A stretch of 64,000 nt of DNA, from the NCBI GenBank assembly GCA_964247055.1, contig OZ176051.1, positions 3,410,001 through 3,474,000 of the forward strand, read 5' to 3'. The translations under genes were made by a program, and so were the position numbers. This document shows positions 11,569 through 24,700 of the stretch, one piece after another. Every line of letters begins with the position of its first letter. Within the stretch, counting starts at the first letter, position 1. Source of the DNA: Paragordius varius. Taxonomy: Eukaryota > Animalia > Nematomorpha. The notes under the pieces are model-generated. The model searched no databases, was not told the origin of the DNA, and worked only from the letters and a program-made list of their open reading frames with translations.

Positions 11569-14500
11569 ATGTTATTACTCCAATATTTTTTGTTTTTCAA
11601 ATTAATTTTCGGGCAAATATATTATAATGACCTCAAAGAATTTAAATCTGTGCATATAAACGCGCCGAAAACGGTCACAAATGAGATTAAAGCAGATCTT
11701 TTAAATTTTTTGCAGGTGCACAAAGAACCTCGATTGTTGTACCCAAAATATTCAATACCCAAATTTTTCTTGAAGTTTTGCGAAAAATTGGTTAACAAAT
11801 TTAATGGTCTTGAAGATTTTACCGAAGATGACGTTATTAGTGTTGCCAATTTGTTGGACTTGTCTAAGTTCATTGAGGCGGATACTATAATATCGTTTGC
11901 GAATCATGGCATGTATTACGATTTTGTGCCCAATGAAAAAGAGAAAACTTTGCTTTTTGAATTGGATGAAAAGTTACCTTCACACGAAGTTTTAATGTTA
12001 GCGCAACTTTTTATTTATAAAAACGTTTCGATGAATTATTGCCACCATGATTTTAATTTGACCCTATATCAGATAACAGTAAAAAATGAAACTAAGTATG
12101 TTATTATATTTTAATTTTTGCAGGACTTATGATTTAAAACCGATTATTAGTCAAGTGATAAACTGTGATCACGAGGGTTGGCTAATGTTTAATGTTACAC
12201 TTGTTTTTCAGCAATGGATGGATGCGCCTGATTCAAATTTTGGAGTTATAATCAAAACTCATTACAAAAGTAATGGAATTTATTTAATTGCTTTAAAATA
12301 TTTATGCTTTCTTTATAATTTAAACAAATTTTTTCCACTCTAATTTAATTGTCTTATAAATTCAAGGGTTTTTTATACTATTTTTAAAACTGTACATAAG
12401 TTTATTAATATTTTGTAATATATCTCATATATATGCGACTCCGCAGTATTTGCTTGGATCTAAACATTTTTCAATACTTAAGATTTCGGCGGCCTATTTA
12501 ACGTTTATATATGGAAATTTTAGATATTGTGTGTTAAAATTAATTTGAATTATCGAATTATTAAATATCTCAATTAACTCTAAAAAGATATAATAATAAT
12601 GTAACCAAATTTTGAATAGGTTAAAAAAATCATTTATTATTTCATATATGTTAAGTGTTTTATAATCAATTTCACATTCATATCTACCAGTAAATTATTT
12701 AATATCAATCTCGCAGTTAAAAAATAGTATATTTTTGTTTATATCTAAAACTTGCGTTTTATTTTAATTATTTTTTTTTACAAAATTATGACAGATTTAG
12801 AGTTACACCCGTATGATCTCGGTTTCCATATAACGGACCCGAATGAGAGTTTGCAACCTTTTCCTTTTAAAGTTGCCGATGAAACTTTTGATAAGTCTGA
12901 CACACATAAAAAGAATAAAACAGCATCAGCACATCGATATGGCCAAAATCGTATTAAAGATCTCAATGAAAACAATAATAACCCATTTCTTTTGGCCTTT
13001 TTTGAACTTGTAAGCTTGGTAGATGTGAAAAACAAATTTCCAAAACTAACATCCTTGATATCACCAGATTATCTTGATGATATTTCTTACTATTTGTCTT
13101 CAGATGAATTATATTTGCCAAACAAAGAAACATCCACAACCCATGACCCAAAATCCTATGAAAACGGGAAATCACAAAATAAACTTCAACCAAAAAACAA
13201 TTACAAGAAGAAAATTGATCGTGTTAAGCCAAAGTATATATCTGCATAATTCATTTATTACTAATTTCCCTATTTTTGTTATTTTATAACAAACCTTTTA
13301 AAAAATATTTCAAAATCTTGATCTTTATAATTCCTGTTTCTAACAGTTTGGCACGCAACCGTCGGCAGACATCTCGTAAAAAGTCCTACCCTGGTGCATT
13401 ATTTGACCAGGTAATTGTTAAGTTTTTACTTAAATTTTCGCAAATCATATTTTAAGCCCAAAGTTTTGATAATTTTATGCGATCGACGTTAATATTATAT
13501 TTGCTTCTGTTTTTTAATTTATTTAGACCTGAAATAATAACACTAGACAACAAATTTTAACTTTTTTTAACTGCCATTCTTGTAAATTTAAAATTTATTT
13601 CATTAAAGTACATAATTAGTATATCTGAAAAGAAAATTGGTCTTACATGGAAGAATTTTTTCATATTAGAGTTTATCGATAATTTTTGGCCCCGATTTAA
13701 CATTAAACTCGAAATTTCGAAAATTTAAAGTTTTAGATATGAAGCCATGTATTTTATATCATTCGAAAGAGCGCAAAAAACTGCATCTTTTAAATGGTAG
13801 TAAGTCATTTAAATCAATCGGATGTAAAAGTTATTTGGATTTAAATGGTCGAAATTTTCAATCCTTAAATAAGTCAAGAATTTTCACAGGCAAACTAATT
13901 TGAAAATCATATAAATTATTTTAATATAACTATTAGGGTTATATTAGTATTTAATTAAAAAAAATGTTTGAAAAAGCTTTTGGTTAGCTTTTTTAATAAA
14001 AATTATTATTATCATAAATATTTTACCTAGTGGATACTAAAATGCATAGTTATAACTGTAAATTTATTACATAATGGCTATAAAAGATCAAAAATACCTT
14101 AAACTTTGTTTTTATCTTTAAAATTTCGAAATTATCAGCTTCGTAAAGAAAATAAATTAGTATTGATGAGATGGTAATTATTTAAAAAACAAAAAACTTA
14201 AAAATGCTGTTTTGAGTGACATAAAAGCAATAAAAACGTTTTAATCAAAAAAGCTTTCTTGTGTTATCTTTTTTAGACATTCTTCACCATCTTAACAAAG
14301 TTTGAGCTATTTTCATCCATTAGTTTTAAAAATATAATAATTAAAAAAAATGCTCTCGCTTCGCGCGTTTGTCGCTCTTTGTGTCCAATATTAACTGTCG
14401 ATGTAATACATATTAGTATGCATTTTATAGATTTTTGAATACTCTTTCGAATGATATATTAGAAATGGGCATTACTTGTATATTTTCAAAGAAAAACATT

Positions 14501-15802
14501 TTTTAGTAAAATTTTGATAAAGAGGGCGCATAATCAAAAAAATCAAATTATACAAAATTCTTCCAACGAGTTATAATTTTTATTTCAGAAATACTGTTAA
14601 AATGATACTAAATATCAGAAAATTCAAAAAACTCGAGTGGCAGAAAAATTTGTTGTCTAGTGTAATTTATGTGTGGATCAATTTATTTTGAATTTTGTAT
14701 AATTCAAAGCAATTTGTTGAAAATTTAGCATCTCTAGTATAGAATAAAAACAAATCTCTTTCTTAAATGCACAAGAAATGCCAATAAATTTTAAAATTGA
14801 ATTTACTCAACCAACGAATACAAATATAGACATAGGTGTAATATAATATTTATTTTTTTAATAGTCATCAGATAGTGATATTGCTAGAAACAATGAACTT
14901 CATAGCAAATTACAATATAACTCGAATCCTTACTTAAATGATTTGGTTAGTTATAGTAGGAATTCTGCAAGTACGATAATAATTATTAAAGCTTAAAGTG
15001 TTACTTTTTTAATCTAAAATAATCATTTGTCAAGTAATTTATTTGTCTTTTATATTTTTTCTCTTGAATATTTTAAAACCGTTAATATATTGAAAATATA
15101 GTAATTTATTATATGTATTTCTAGAAATTAAAATTACTTTCATATATTAAGGTTATCTCTTTCTATAATAGTTATTAAGATAGTTACCAATCCTTTATTG
15201 TATATCTTTTTCATTTTGATTAAAAATACTATAATCGATAGAATATGTATGTAGTTTGTTCACAAAACTTAATTAGTTGGTTCAGATTGGTTTAATTTCA
15301 AAAACATCCAATTAGTATTTAATATAGTAACAATTATTTATACATTTATTTATATTCCATATTAATAAAACTTCTTTTCAGATGAAGTTAAAAACGAAAA
15401 CAGCCCGCCTTTGCACGAAGAACCACCCCTGACTATTGAGGACCCCAACGCAGGTTCTGTCATAGAGAAAAGCGAACACTTATTTGGTAGGAGAGAATTA
15501 ACGGATGATAGTACAATGGCAGCTATAGTAGGTTCTCTTTTAGTAAACGATAGAAATTTTCGCAACAATTTTTACATAAACACACATTTTACGTTTTATA
15601 TTCTTAATTTTATATTACAATTAAAAATTAATAACTTTAATTTCATGCTTAACATATTTCATTTATCAATATCGTACCGAGTAAATTTGAGATGTTCAAG
15701 GCTGAAAGGAAATTTAAGATTACCTTAATTGAATTAAAATGTTTAAAAATTTAATTTGTTTTAATGCAGGGGTATTAACACAAATATTGTCACGGGCCGC
15801 AT

Positions 15803-15849
<47 letters not shown>

Positions 15850-18386
15850 TTTCTATAACATTTTTTCTTAGATTTTGCCAATCAAATAGACTTATATAGA
15901 AAATTATTCAAGAAATATTAATTTTCTAAGATTTTTAAGCATATTTTGTAAATTATGAATTTTCAAATTTTTCGCGGGCCGCACATGGCTTTATCTTTGA
16001 CGTTCATGGTAAATATAGGCAATTATATTTTTACACTGAGAAATACATATTGGAAGATAGTTTGTTAAAATATTAATAATATTTATTTGTAGCTAACTGA
16101 TGTGGAAGGGTTTGACGACAAAAGTCAAACGGACAAAAATAAACCTGCTGCTATCAAAAAATCTGATCTGCTTGATAACATCGATAACAAGAATCAATAT
16201 TATTATTATGAACAGGATATTAAAAAATTTGTTCACCCCCCTGGTATAACCTTACTATACTATTTAATGATAAAATTATATTATAAAAAAGCATTTTATT
16301 ACAAAAACTGAATTATATTTTTTTTATTAAGTTTACAGTGACCGATATTTTCAACAAACTTGTCAAAGACGATCATTCTTTATTAGTTTTGCAGATTTAG
16401 GATGGCAAGTAATTTTGTGATTTTATTATAAAATATTATTTAATTTCGATATGTTTTGTATTGACCAATGTATTTGTAATATTTCCAAATAATTTATAAC
16501 TTAATTTCATACAAATCTATTTTTAGTATTAATATCATAATTGTGAAATGTTTACAGTAAGTGGATTGTCCATAATTATCCCAATTGTGGAAAACTATTT
16601 GGGTCATTATCCGCATCTAGACCCTCTTTAAAAAAATATATAAAATTTATTTATTTTTGTTTAAAATTAAGTTAATATTTAATTTAGTAATCATTCTTGA
16701 TCAGGGTACTCATTAACGAGTGTCTGATATATTATTTCTTCCATGTTTTGCGGTTGGCGTCTTTAACATCACTTTTTCGTTCCTCAAGATTTTATGTGAT
16801 TTTGTGCCATGTTTAAAAAGGCGAGCTGGAAGGGCTTTTCATCAATCTAATATATAATGTTGCATCTTTTTCAAAAAATTATCATCAGCTCTTCGCTCAA
16901 TGTGTCCTTACCAGCTAAGTCGTCTTTTGGTTTGGATTATATGCAAAATTTCGCAATATCTAATTAATTTTATGGGTTTAGAATTCAATGCTCTCAATTA
17001 AGCACCTTGAATGTCCAATAAGCGAAAGTGGCAGCGTTAGAGCTTTTCATGGTTTATCAATATCACAATGCTTGTAATTACACATCCACAAAGCGAGATT
17101 TACTGCCATAACTATAACATATGAGCTCAATATTTTAATATAAAGATGAAACTCCGTCCCCCATAAAATATGAGTGAAAAACTTTTTTTGGCGTAAGCGC
17201 AAACATGTTGTTGATAACTTTACCTACCTATTACAGGTGTGTATACTAGAAACTAGATACAAATAAGGCGGCTTTCTATTTGAACATATTTTATTAAAGA
17301 AAGGGGTTATAAAGTGCCATCATTCTCTTTGGAAACATTTTATATATGGTGACTACAAATTAGAGATGTATATAATACTTTGATGAACACAACCTACACA
17401 TGCCACAAACAGTTTACACTATATTTAGTATCAGCTAGTTGATATCACGCTTAAAGTGAATGATAAAAATACATTTAAGCGAACAATCTCTCATGATAAA
17501 CAAATCAATATCAAAATATATTCAAATCCGTAGACTTGGCTATTACGGTCACATTCAAAGATTAGATAACGATAATTGGATAAAAAATATAACAAACCTT
17601 AAGCCAAACAAACAAACAGAGTTGGTCGTCCAGCAATAACATGGGACAAAAACATTACCCAAGACCTACAGGCCAAAAACATAAAAGCCGGGGACTGGTT
17701 AAACAAAAAATCCTTCAATGCAATGATCAAACCCCTAAACCCCGTCACGACGGGATGCCAAGGGACCCCTTGACAACAGATATTTATCTATCTATCTATC
17801 TTGTGACAAAAATAAGAATCGTCTTACACTTGAACAATGTTTAACACATGTTGATTAAACCATATCCTAGGTTGAATGCATATATTTGGAATGCTTTATC
17901 CAATTGTTTGGATTATATTTATTGTTGGTTGACTCTCAATAATTATTCAAAAAACAATCATAGGCATATTCGCTCCATGGAATAGCTTCCATGTCTTTAA
18001 AACATATTTATTTTTGGAAACTCTCATAAAACCGGCTGGAAACACACCAGTCTCGTGTGGCATATTAAAAAACCATTTTAATCCCAAATTTTACAAATTT
18101 TATTTATATATTTTCCTCAAAGGATTGGATAATAGCGCCTCCAGGGTACCCTGCCTATTATTGTGAAGGCGCATGTACCTTTCCACTCAGTGCACATATG
18201 AATGCGACAAACCATGCCATTGTACAAACTTTGGTTCACCTCATGAATCCCATGTTAGTGCCGAAACCATGTTGCGCTCCGGCGGGACCTTTAAATTCCG
18301 TTTCTGTTCTCTACTTTGATAACGGGAGCAATGTTATCTTTAAAAAGTATCGCAATATGGTGGTTGAATCGTGCGGGTGCCATTAA
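11569..18386 (+). CDS. gbb (BMP5-8): BMP5-8/glass bottom boat (60A subfamily) TGF-beta ligand, ~640 aa; exons 11569-12095, 12124-12269, 12795-13233, 13347-13410, 14865-~14970, 15382-15527, 16093-16243, 16332-16408, 18123-18386
   Basis: Signal peptide [15 protein letters not shown]; prodomain motifs [26 protein letters not shown]; furin site RNRR (exon 4). Mature domain [16 protein letters not shown]|[61 protein letters not shown] matches the BMP5-8 signature. All junctions are GT-AG and phase-compatible (1,920 nt). Exons 5-7 rest on splice signals and open frames only, and the exon 5 donor is ambiguous (14950/14956/14971). An alternative start is at 11533. Confidence 0.9.
13541..14662. mobile_element. 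Non-autonomous TIR element, CMC/Chapaev3-like, copy 1 (in BMP intron 4)
   Basis: Termini CACTAGACAACAAATTT and AATTTGTTGTCTAGTG flanked by a 3-bp TAA TSD on both sides. A near-identical inverted copy is at 45457-46579. CAC termini with a TWA TSD fit Chapaev3. No ORF. Confidence 0.8.
15806..15847. repeat. (TA)n microsatellite, ~21 units
   Basis: Direct reading. Shorter (TA)n tracts are at ~43732-43752 and ~43917-43936. Confidence 0.95.
17520..17802 (+). mobile_element. 5'-truncated RTE-like LINE 3' end in BMP intron 8
   Basis: The frameshifted translation [20 protein letters not shown]...[17 protein letters not shown] matches the C-terminal RRLRWLGHxxR...RxxGRPxxxW motif of RTE-type reverse transcriptases. 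It ends in a (TATC)n tail at ~17785-17802. Confidence 0.7.
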
Positions 18387-18730
18387 AATGTGATTACTAA
18401 ATTTTTTTGCAAAAAATTACATTTAACCATATACGCATTTTTGTGACAACATTACTTTTTAATATATATATGTATTGCATTTTATACTGCTGCATAATCT
18501 TTACAGAATCTCAACGTATACTTTATTGTATCTCAATCATCAATTTTTAATCTTAAATTATTGACCAAAGAGTTTTATGTTTGTAGTATCCACAACTATA
18601 TAAATTGCTCATATTTATTCTTTTTTAATCAAAAATAAATATATACATATATTACTATCTTTATAAATATGTGTCTGAATAAATAAATATATAACACAGT
18701 TGTGATCGTCTAAGTAAATGCAAGCACGTC

Positions 18731-21700
18731 TTACCAAAAAGGACACCTATGCATAAAAATATATATTGTAAAAATCTTAATAAAATATTTTGAATGGGTC
18801 AAATATACGAATCATACCATCCAACATACATTTGACACAAATTTTCATGTGACATGGCCTGTTTGATTAACAAATCTACTTGTGTCTTAATATCGCACGT
18901 GGAATTAGAATCGAAATCTTTACCTGTGTGATAAAATTAATGTAATAAAAATGATGATGAAATACTAAATAAAATAAGTTACCCGTGAGTTTATCTTTGA
19001 CTCGTTTAATAACAGTTAGGGCTTTTAGGTTTAATGATTCGGCTTTGTTATCACCTAACATAAACAAATTTATTTTTAACGTGTAAGGATTTTTATGAAC
19101 ATTTTGCAACAATATTTGAGTTGGTAGCGTAATGAAACAACCCTATTCAATTACTTTACTTAAAAAGTCTATTTCCCATTAATTTAATTAATATCTGATA
19201 TACACTTAATATATAAATATGTTCAAAATTTATAACATAGGCGGTAAATATTTATTTTGTATAAAATTATGGACTGCGTTATAAAAAGAATAAAAAGGAT
19301 TGTCCTAGGAAAAGCATGTATATTGCACCAAATTTTCGAAAATTTTCAACAAGCTTTTTATTAAATAGCTGGCTGGTATGCGCAAAATTACCAACGCATT
19401 GAATAACTGATATCAATATATGTAAAATACAATTTATTAAATTATAGGTAAGAATAAATAACTTAATGATCGGAAAGAACCAAATAAATAAAAAGTCTTA
19501 TTTTTTTATTGAAAACGAAATGATAAATTATATTAAAAGTATTTCAATTAAATTCCTTTTTTGTGTGCTTCTTAAAACAAAAGATACATACTTTCAATAA
19601 ATTTCCAATTGATGAGTGGATCATAAATGAAAGCTTCCAACACAGACATAACACTATCCCTATGAGCACGTAGTACCTCCATCACGCGTTCACAAGTCAA
19701 ACGATAAGTTCCGTCGATCCCTGGAACCTAATAAAAAGTTTGACATATAAAATTATTTTTAGTTTAAAATATTTTTTGATAACTGATTCGTTACTTCCAT
19801 GGCATTTACGAGTAGTCGTGTTAGTCGAAACGGTACACGTTCGGGATAGTTTTCGCGAACCATAGAAACTTCGAAACAATCTCCAAAGTCGATATGAATT
19901 ATCTTTCCACTTTGTCGGTCTAACATTAAGTTTGATGGATGTCTATGTTGTAAAATTTAATATTATAAAATATTCATTCCATTACTAGTTAATATTTAAT
20001 ACTAATTAAATATAACAAGGCCGGAAGGACCATGAAACTCAAATTATTTTTAATTTAACTCCAATTTCATATATAAGATTGTGGTTTTGGCTTTAACTTT
20101 TCAAAACACCTCGGTTTCACTTCTTTATTAGACTAGTTTCAAGCTCTATTTATTAAAGAAGATCAGCAATAACAAAAAATAAACGGTTTATTCACAAATA
20201 TTAAGTTGGCAATCAATTATGAAATAAGGTGATACCGATCTCCAAGACCAAGTACATATCCGACCATAGACATGACCGCCAAACTTCTCATGTAACAAGT
20301 TCGCCGTTCAAACCACTCTTGACAGTTAGGCGGGCATTTCAACCATATGATTCGACTTAAGTCATCACCTTTGGTTTGACTCAAAGCATGTCTAAACACT
20401 TCCGTTTTCTGTAAAATGGTTAATTTTGCATAATCTGGTGCCATATGTTTAATCATTTCATGTTCTTTATTCATGGGTATTTGTCTATATGGCAATAAAA
20501 TATTATTTATATATAATATTTTACTTGGAATCACGGTATTCTTTTATACATGTATGGAGTGTATCACAATGCGGCACCCAACTAATGAGACCACTATTAG
20601 TGCTGAGTGGAACAACAGCATATCTCGTAATGCTTAAGAGGGTGTGAAAAAAATAGACATTAGCATATTTTTTTTTAAAATATACTATTATAAATGGTAA
20701 ATGGAACTTACTTTAGATTTCTTCGAGCTGTTTCCGATTCATTTCGTAAGAGATTGTTAATTAAACCAAATAATTGCATAACCCTTTCATCCTGGCGCAA
20801 ATCTTCATGGCCCTTTAACAAATACGTATATTCTTGGCCATCATCACCTGGTTCGTTTCATTTATATTATATGTAAGATTATGTAATCATATTAATACAA
20901 AAATTTAAAGAATAAACCTAAAATTCGTAATTTTCGGGGCTTTTGCTTGGAATTGATTATTTGAATGATTGGGTAAATCTTGACAATCTTCACTAGTTTA
21001 GTGATTATTGGAATATCAACATTTTTGAATTCTTTTCCAGCTATAAAACCAACATGGATTATGCTTCATAAATATTAATGATAGTAAAAATTGAGTTAAA
21101 ACTTACTTTTAAATACAACTCTGCAGCATAAATATATTTTAAAACATTAATCAACTTCATTGTCTCTATCACAAATTATACCATAAACATTAATGATATC
21201 ATTTCAATTCTAATTTTCGACGTTTTAGGCAAAAGTGTTCATCTTCTATCGCACTCTTTAATATGGAAAGTTTTTGGGATTTTGTCAGTTAATCAATAAT
21301 ATTATCAAAAACAAGGTCAAAATAATAACTTTTTTACATATACATACATTATAAACAAATTTTAATGAATTTATCTTATATTTATAGCCTTGTAGAAGCT
21401 AGGACCTAAAACTTTGTATATTTTTGGAGACATTAAATAAAATATAACGTACAATCGACTTCCAATATCCTATATGTTCCAGGAATAGCGATTTCCAAAT
21501 GATGACACGCATAGAGCTTGGGGGAAACGTGTTGAAGTTGCAAAACCATAGTCTGAACATCTTTTGCCAATTTCCGAAAAATGCGATAGTAAAGAGTCCA
21601 AGCTTGATCCAAATCTTTCCAATTCAAGCTTGTCACATATTTTTGACACCAGGCTTGTGCTTCCAAAAGTTCTCGACCATATGCCTATATATATATATAC

Positions 21701-24700
21701 AATATTGTGTTATGTGTAGTGCAATTGACTGCTTTTTCAAAAAAATCCGGTCAGACCCAGTCAGACCATGGTCATGACCACGGTCATGACCACTTTTTAC
21801 TTAAGTAAGTATCATGCGATATTGGATTGTCAAAATAGTGTTCGAATTACGCTTGCGTTATGTCATGTTTTTTCTTAAAAGTTCATTATACATTTATTTA
21901 ATATTTATTATTTACAAATTCAGTCAAATTTAATCACGAAATTTGTTTTCAAATGAATTTTGCCACATTTTATGGCCAATCTTTAAAAATGGCTTTTAAT
22001 ACTGGACACTTTCTTTTATCATAAAAATATCCAATTATAGTGTGTTTTTCATTTTATTGGTTCACAGATATGGAATAATTGCATATTTTGCAAAGTGCTT
22101 ATTGTTTTTTTTCAAAATAACTGGATATGCTTAAATGTGAATGTTATAAGGATGCATGTTTAACAATTTTTATATATTGTTAAATAAGCATATTTAAAAA
22201 TTTAATTTTTATTTTTAAAAAAATATATTGAAAAACAATAAAATCTTATTATGTTTCTTCCAAAAAAAATGTACGAGCAATTTTTCATAAAACAGCTGTT
22301 TTTTTAAATGACCATGGTCAAAAAATAAATAGTCACTGACCTGCTCATGACCCGGTCAATTGACCGAGTCATGATTTGGTCAGCACAACCCTAGCTATGT
22401 GTTGGGTCTGACCTGATATAAATGAATTCATGACCGTAACTGTAAACGCGATATAAAATAACCAGTTTAAAACTTTTAACCTATGTAAATCGCGTAATAA
22501 TGGTAAAATAAATTATTTCCAACACTGCCTAATAGTAATAATATATTGGTTATAGCCGTGAAAGCTTGCAATCATAAGTGATCACGTTAAACTGACCGGT
22601 GGAAACTCAAACCACCGAAAGCAATCTATAAAACAAGTTGAATAAATTTTAATAAAGTTTCTTAAAAAATATAGATTAGATTGCATTAAAAAAATCTATA
22701 TTTACTTGAATGAACGAAGTTTCCTTGATGGTTTCAGGACCCCTTTCTAAGATAACATGTAAGGGTTCAAGAACCGTAAACATTCCCCTATCATTTTTGT
22801 CAAAGTACATGCGTGAAGCGTCCTCCAGACCCTCATGCCAAAGTTCGTGCCACACAATGGAAATACGAATTAATTCTTCACTTAACATGAGAGCTTGTTC
22901 TACAAGAACGCCATTGTGATGTCTCATGGCTGTCAAAATTTTTTGAGCTGCTGATTGGCGACTCGGAATGTCTGATTTAGAGGCAACCGTTAAGGGATAA
23001 ATGATGGCTTGTGGGTGACTCCGTCCCACATCGATTAACAGTTGATGGATTAGTTTTTGTACCAAAGGTTTAGACGTATCTATCCGAGCAAGGAGTTGTG
23101 GTATGACTTGTAACCAATTATCAAGCCGAATGTGGAATAAACCATCCCTTAAACAATCGTATATTTGTGGGATATGACCATAATCAAAGCACAGTGTCAA
23201 CAATCTCAGGGTGTCTTGGAGAGATGTGGCAGACCGAGAAAAACTGATTGATTGAACGAATCCTTTGACTGCCCAGTATACGTAATGAAGAATAGCTTGG
23301 CTACCTAGCATCGCCTCTGAAGAATCTGTACTAGTGGTTGTTATATTAATGCTTAACTCATTTGCATCTTTATTTGTTGAATTCTCTTCTACCATAGTTG
23401 TTGGTGGCGGGATGATTTTGCTATCATTTTTTATGTTTATGCCATCCTTTTCATTTGCATTGGTAGTAGTAACCTTAACATCCGTTAATCGGTGTAATTT
23501 TTTTCGCATTCTATCCTGTAAAGTGCCCAAATCTTGAGGAATATCTGTAACTTCTGGTGCTTGAATTTCACCTGCATTTACATCCTGTTGAGCTGACTCA
23601 GATGGTAAGGCATGATCAAGATCATTGTTAAAGTCATCACTCGATGTGCTAGAGTGATGATTTGCAGCCATTTCGTCATAATCTCCGTCGGATGATGTCC
23701 TTTCTTCGCTAGGTAACGAATTTAATGTGGAACTGGAGGACCCTTCCTTAGATGTATCCTTGTTTGCAAAAGATTCATTTTCAATTTTTTTTGGTGTGGC
23801 CATTGCATTATTGAGAGTTGGGGGTGGTGTTTGTGTTTGTCCACTTCTTTGAGCAGTCCTAGATTTTTTCTCATACAAGTTTAATCCTTTCTGTTTGTAA
23901 TAATGAATGGCTTCAAAATTGGTACAGGCCAGGGCGTGCCAAGCCTTGTACCAATGACGAGAATTATCGATGGCCGACACATAGAAATTAATGATTTGGG
24001 GAATAGATGTATCATTAATCCCATTCAGCATTTCAGTCCATTGGCCGAGCGTATAATAGCATTTTGCTAGTAAACGCTTTTGTTCTTTTTGAGTCGTAGC
24101 AATGGTATCATTTTCTCTTAAAAATGCAGCGATAGAGGGAGTATTATTCGCACTAAATTCTGCACTGTATTTAGGTTGGAGATGATCTGCAATAAAAGTT
24201 GACATTTTTATGAATACATCCGTGCTAGGTTTATCCCGTCGTTCCCATAAATATTTGTAGTAGGAGGCTACGACAAAAGGGTTAGCTAACATAAGGGCCG
24301 CATCACTTTGCTGGGTGGGATTGAAACCAAGAATTTTCGTGAGCGTTCTTTCTGCCACAGCATATCGTTTTTCTCGCGTGCACAATTTAACGTACTTTAA
24401 CCAGGCTTGGAGATTATCGTTCGTTGGTAAAACTAGCGAATGGATTTGTAACATTTTCTGCCATGTGACCGAACACTTTTGACTCCTATGCATTCGATCC
24501 CACCAAATTTTCTTGATTGGTCCACGTCGAACAGGTTGGTTTTTATATTGCAGAACTTCCTCCAATTCAGCCAACATTTGTGCCATGAATATGGAATTGT
24601 AAGCCCTTTCTGGCCCATCGGAAACGAGGACAGAAATTTCTGGTTCTAGTATGGAACGACATTGTTTAATGTAACTCAATGCTTTATCCGATTCATTTTG

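Noticed and set aside
15765-16010. Possible hAT MITE remnant (CAGGGG...GGGCCGCA ends) around the (TA)n tract
   Set aside because: No matching second TIR or TSD could be identified.
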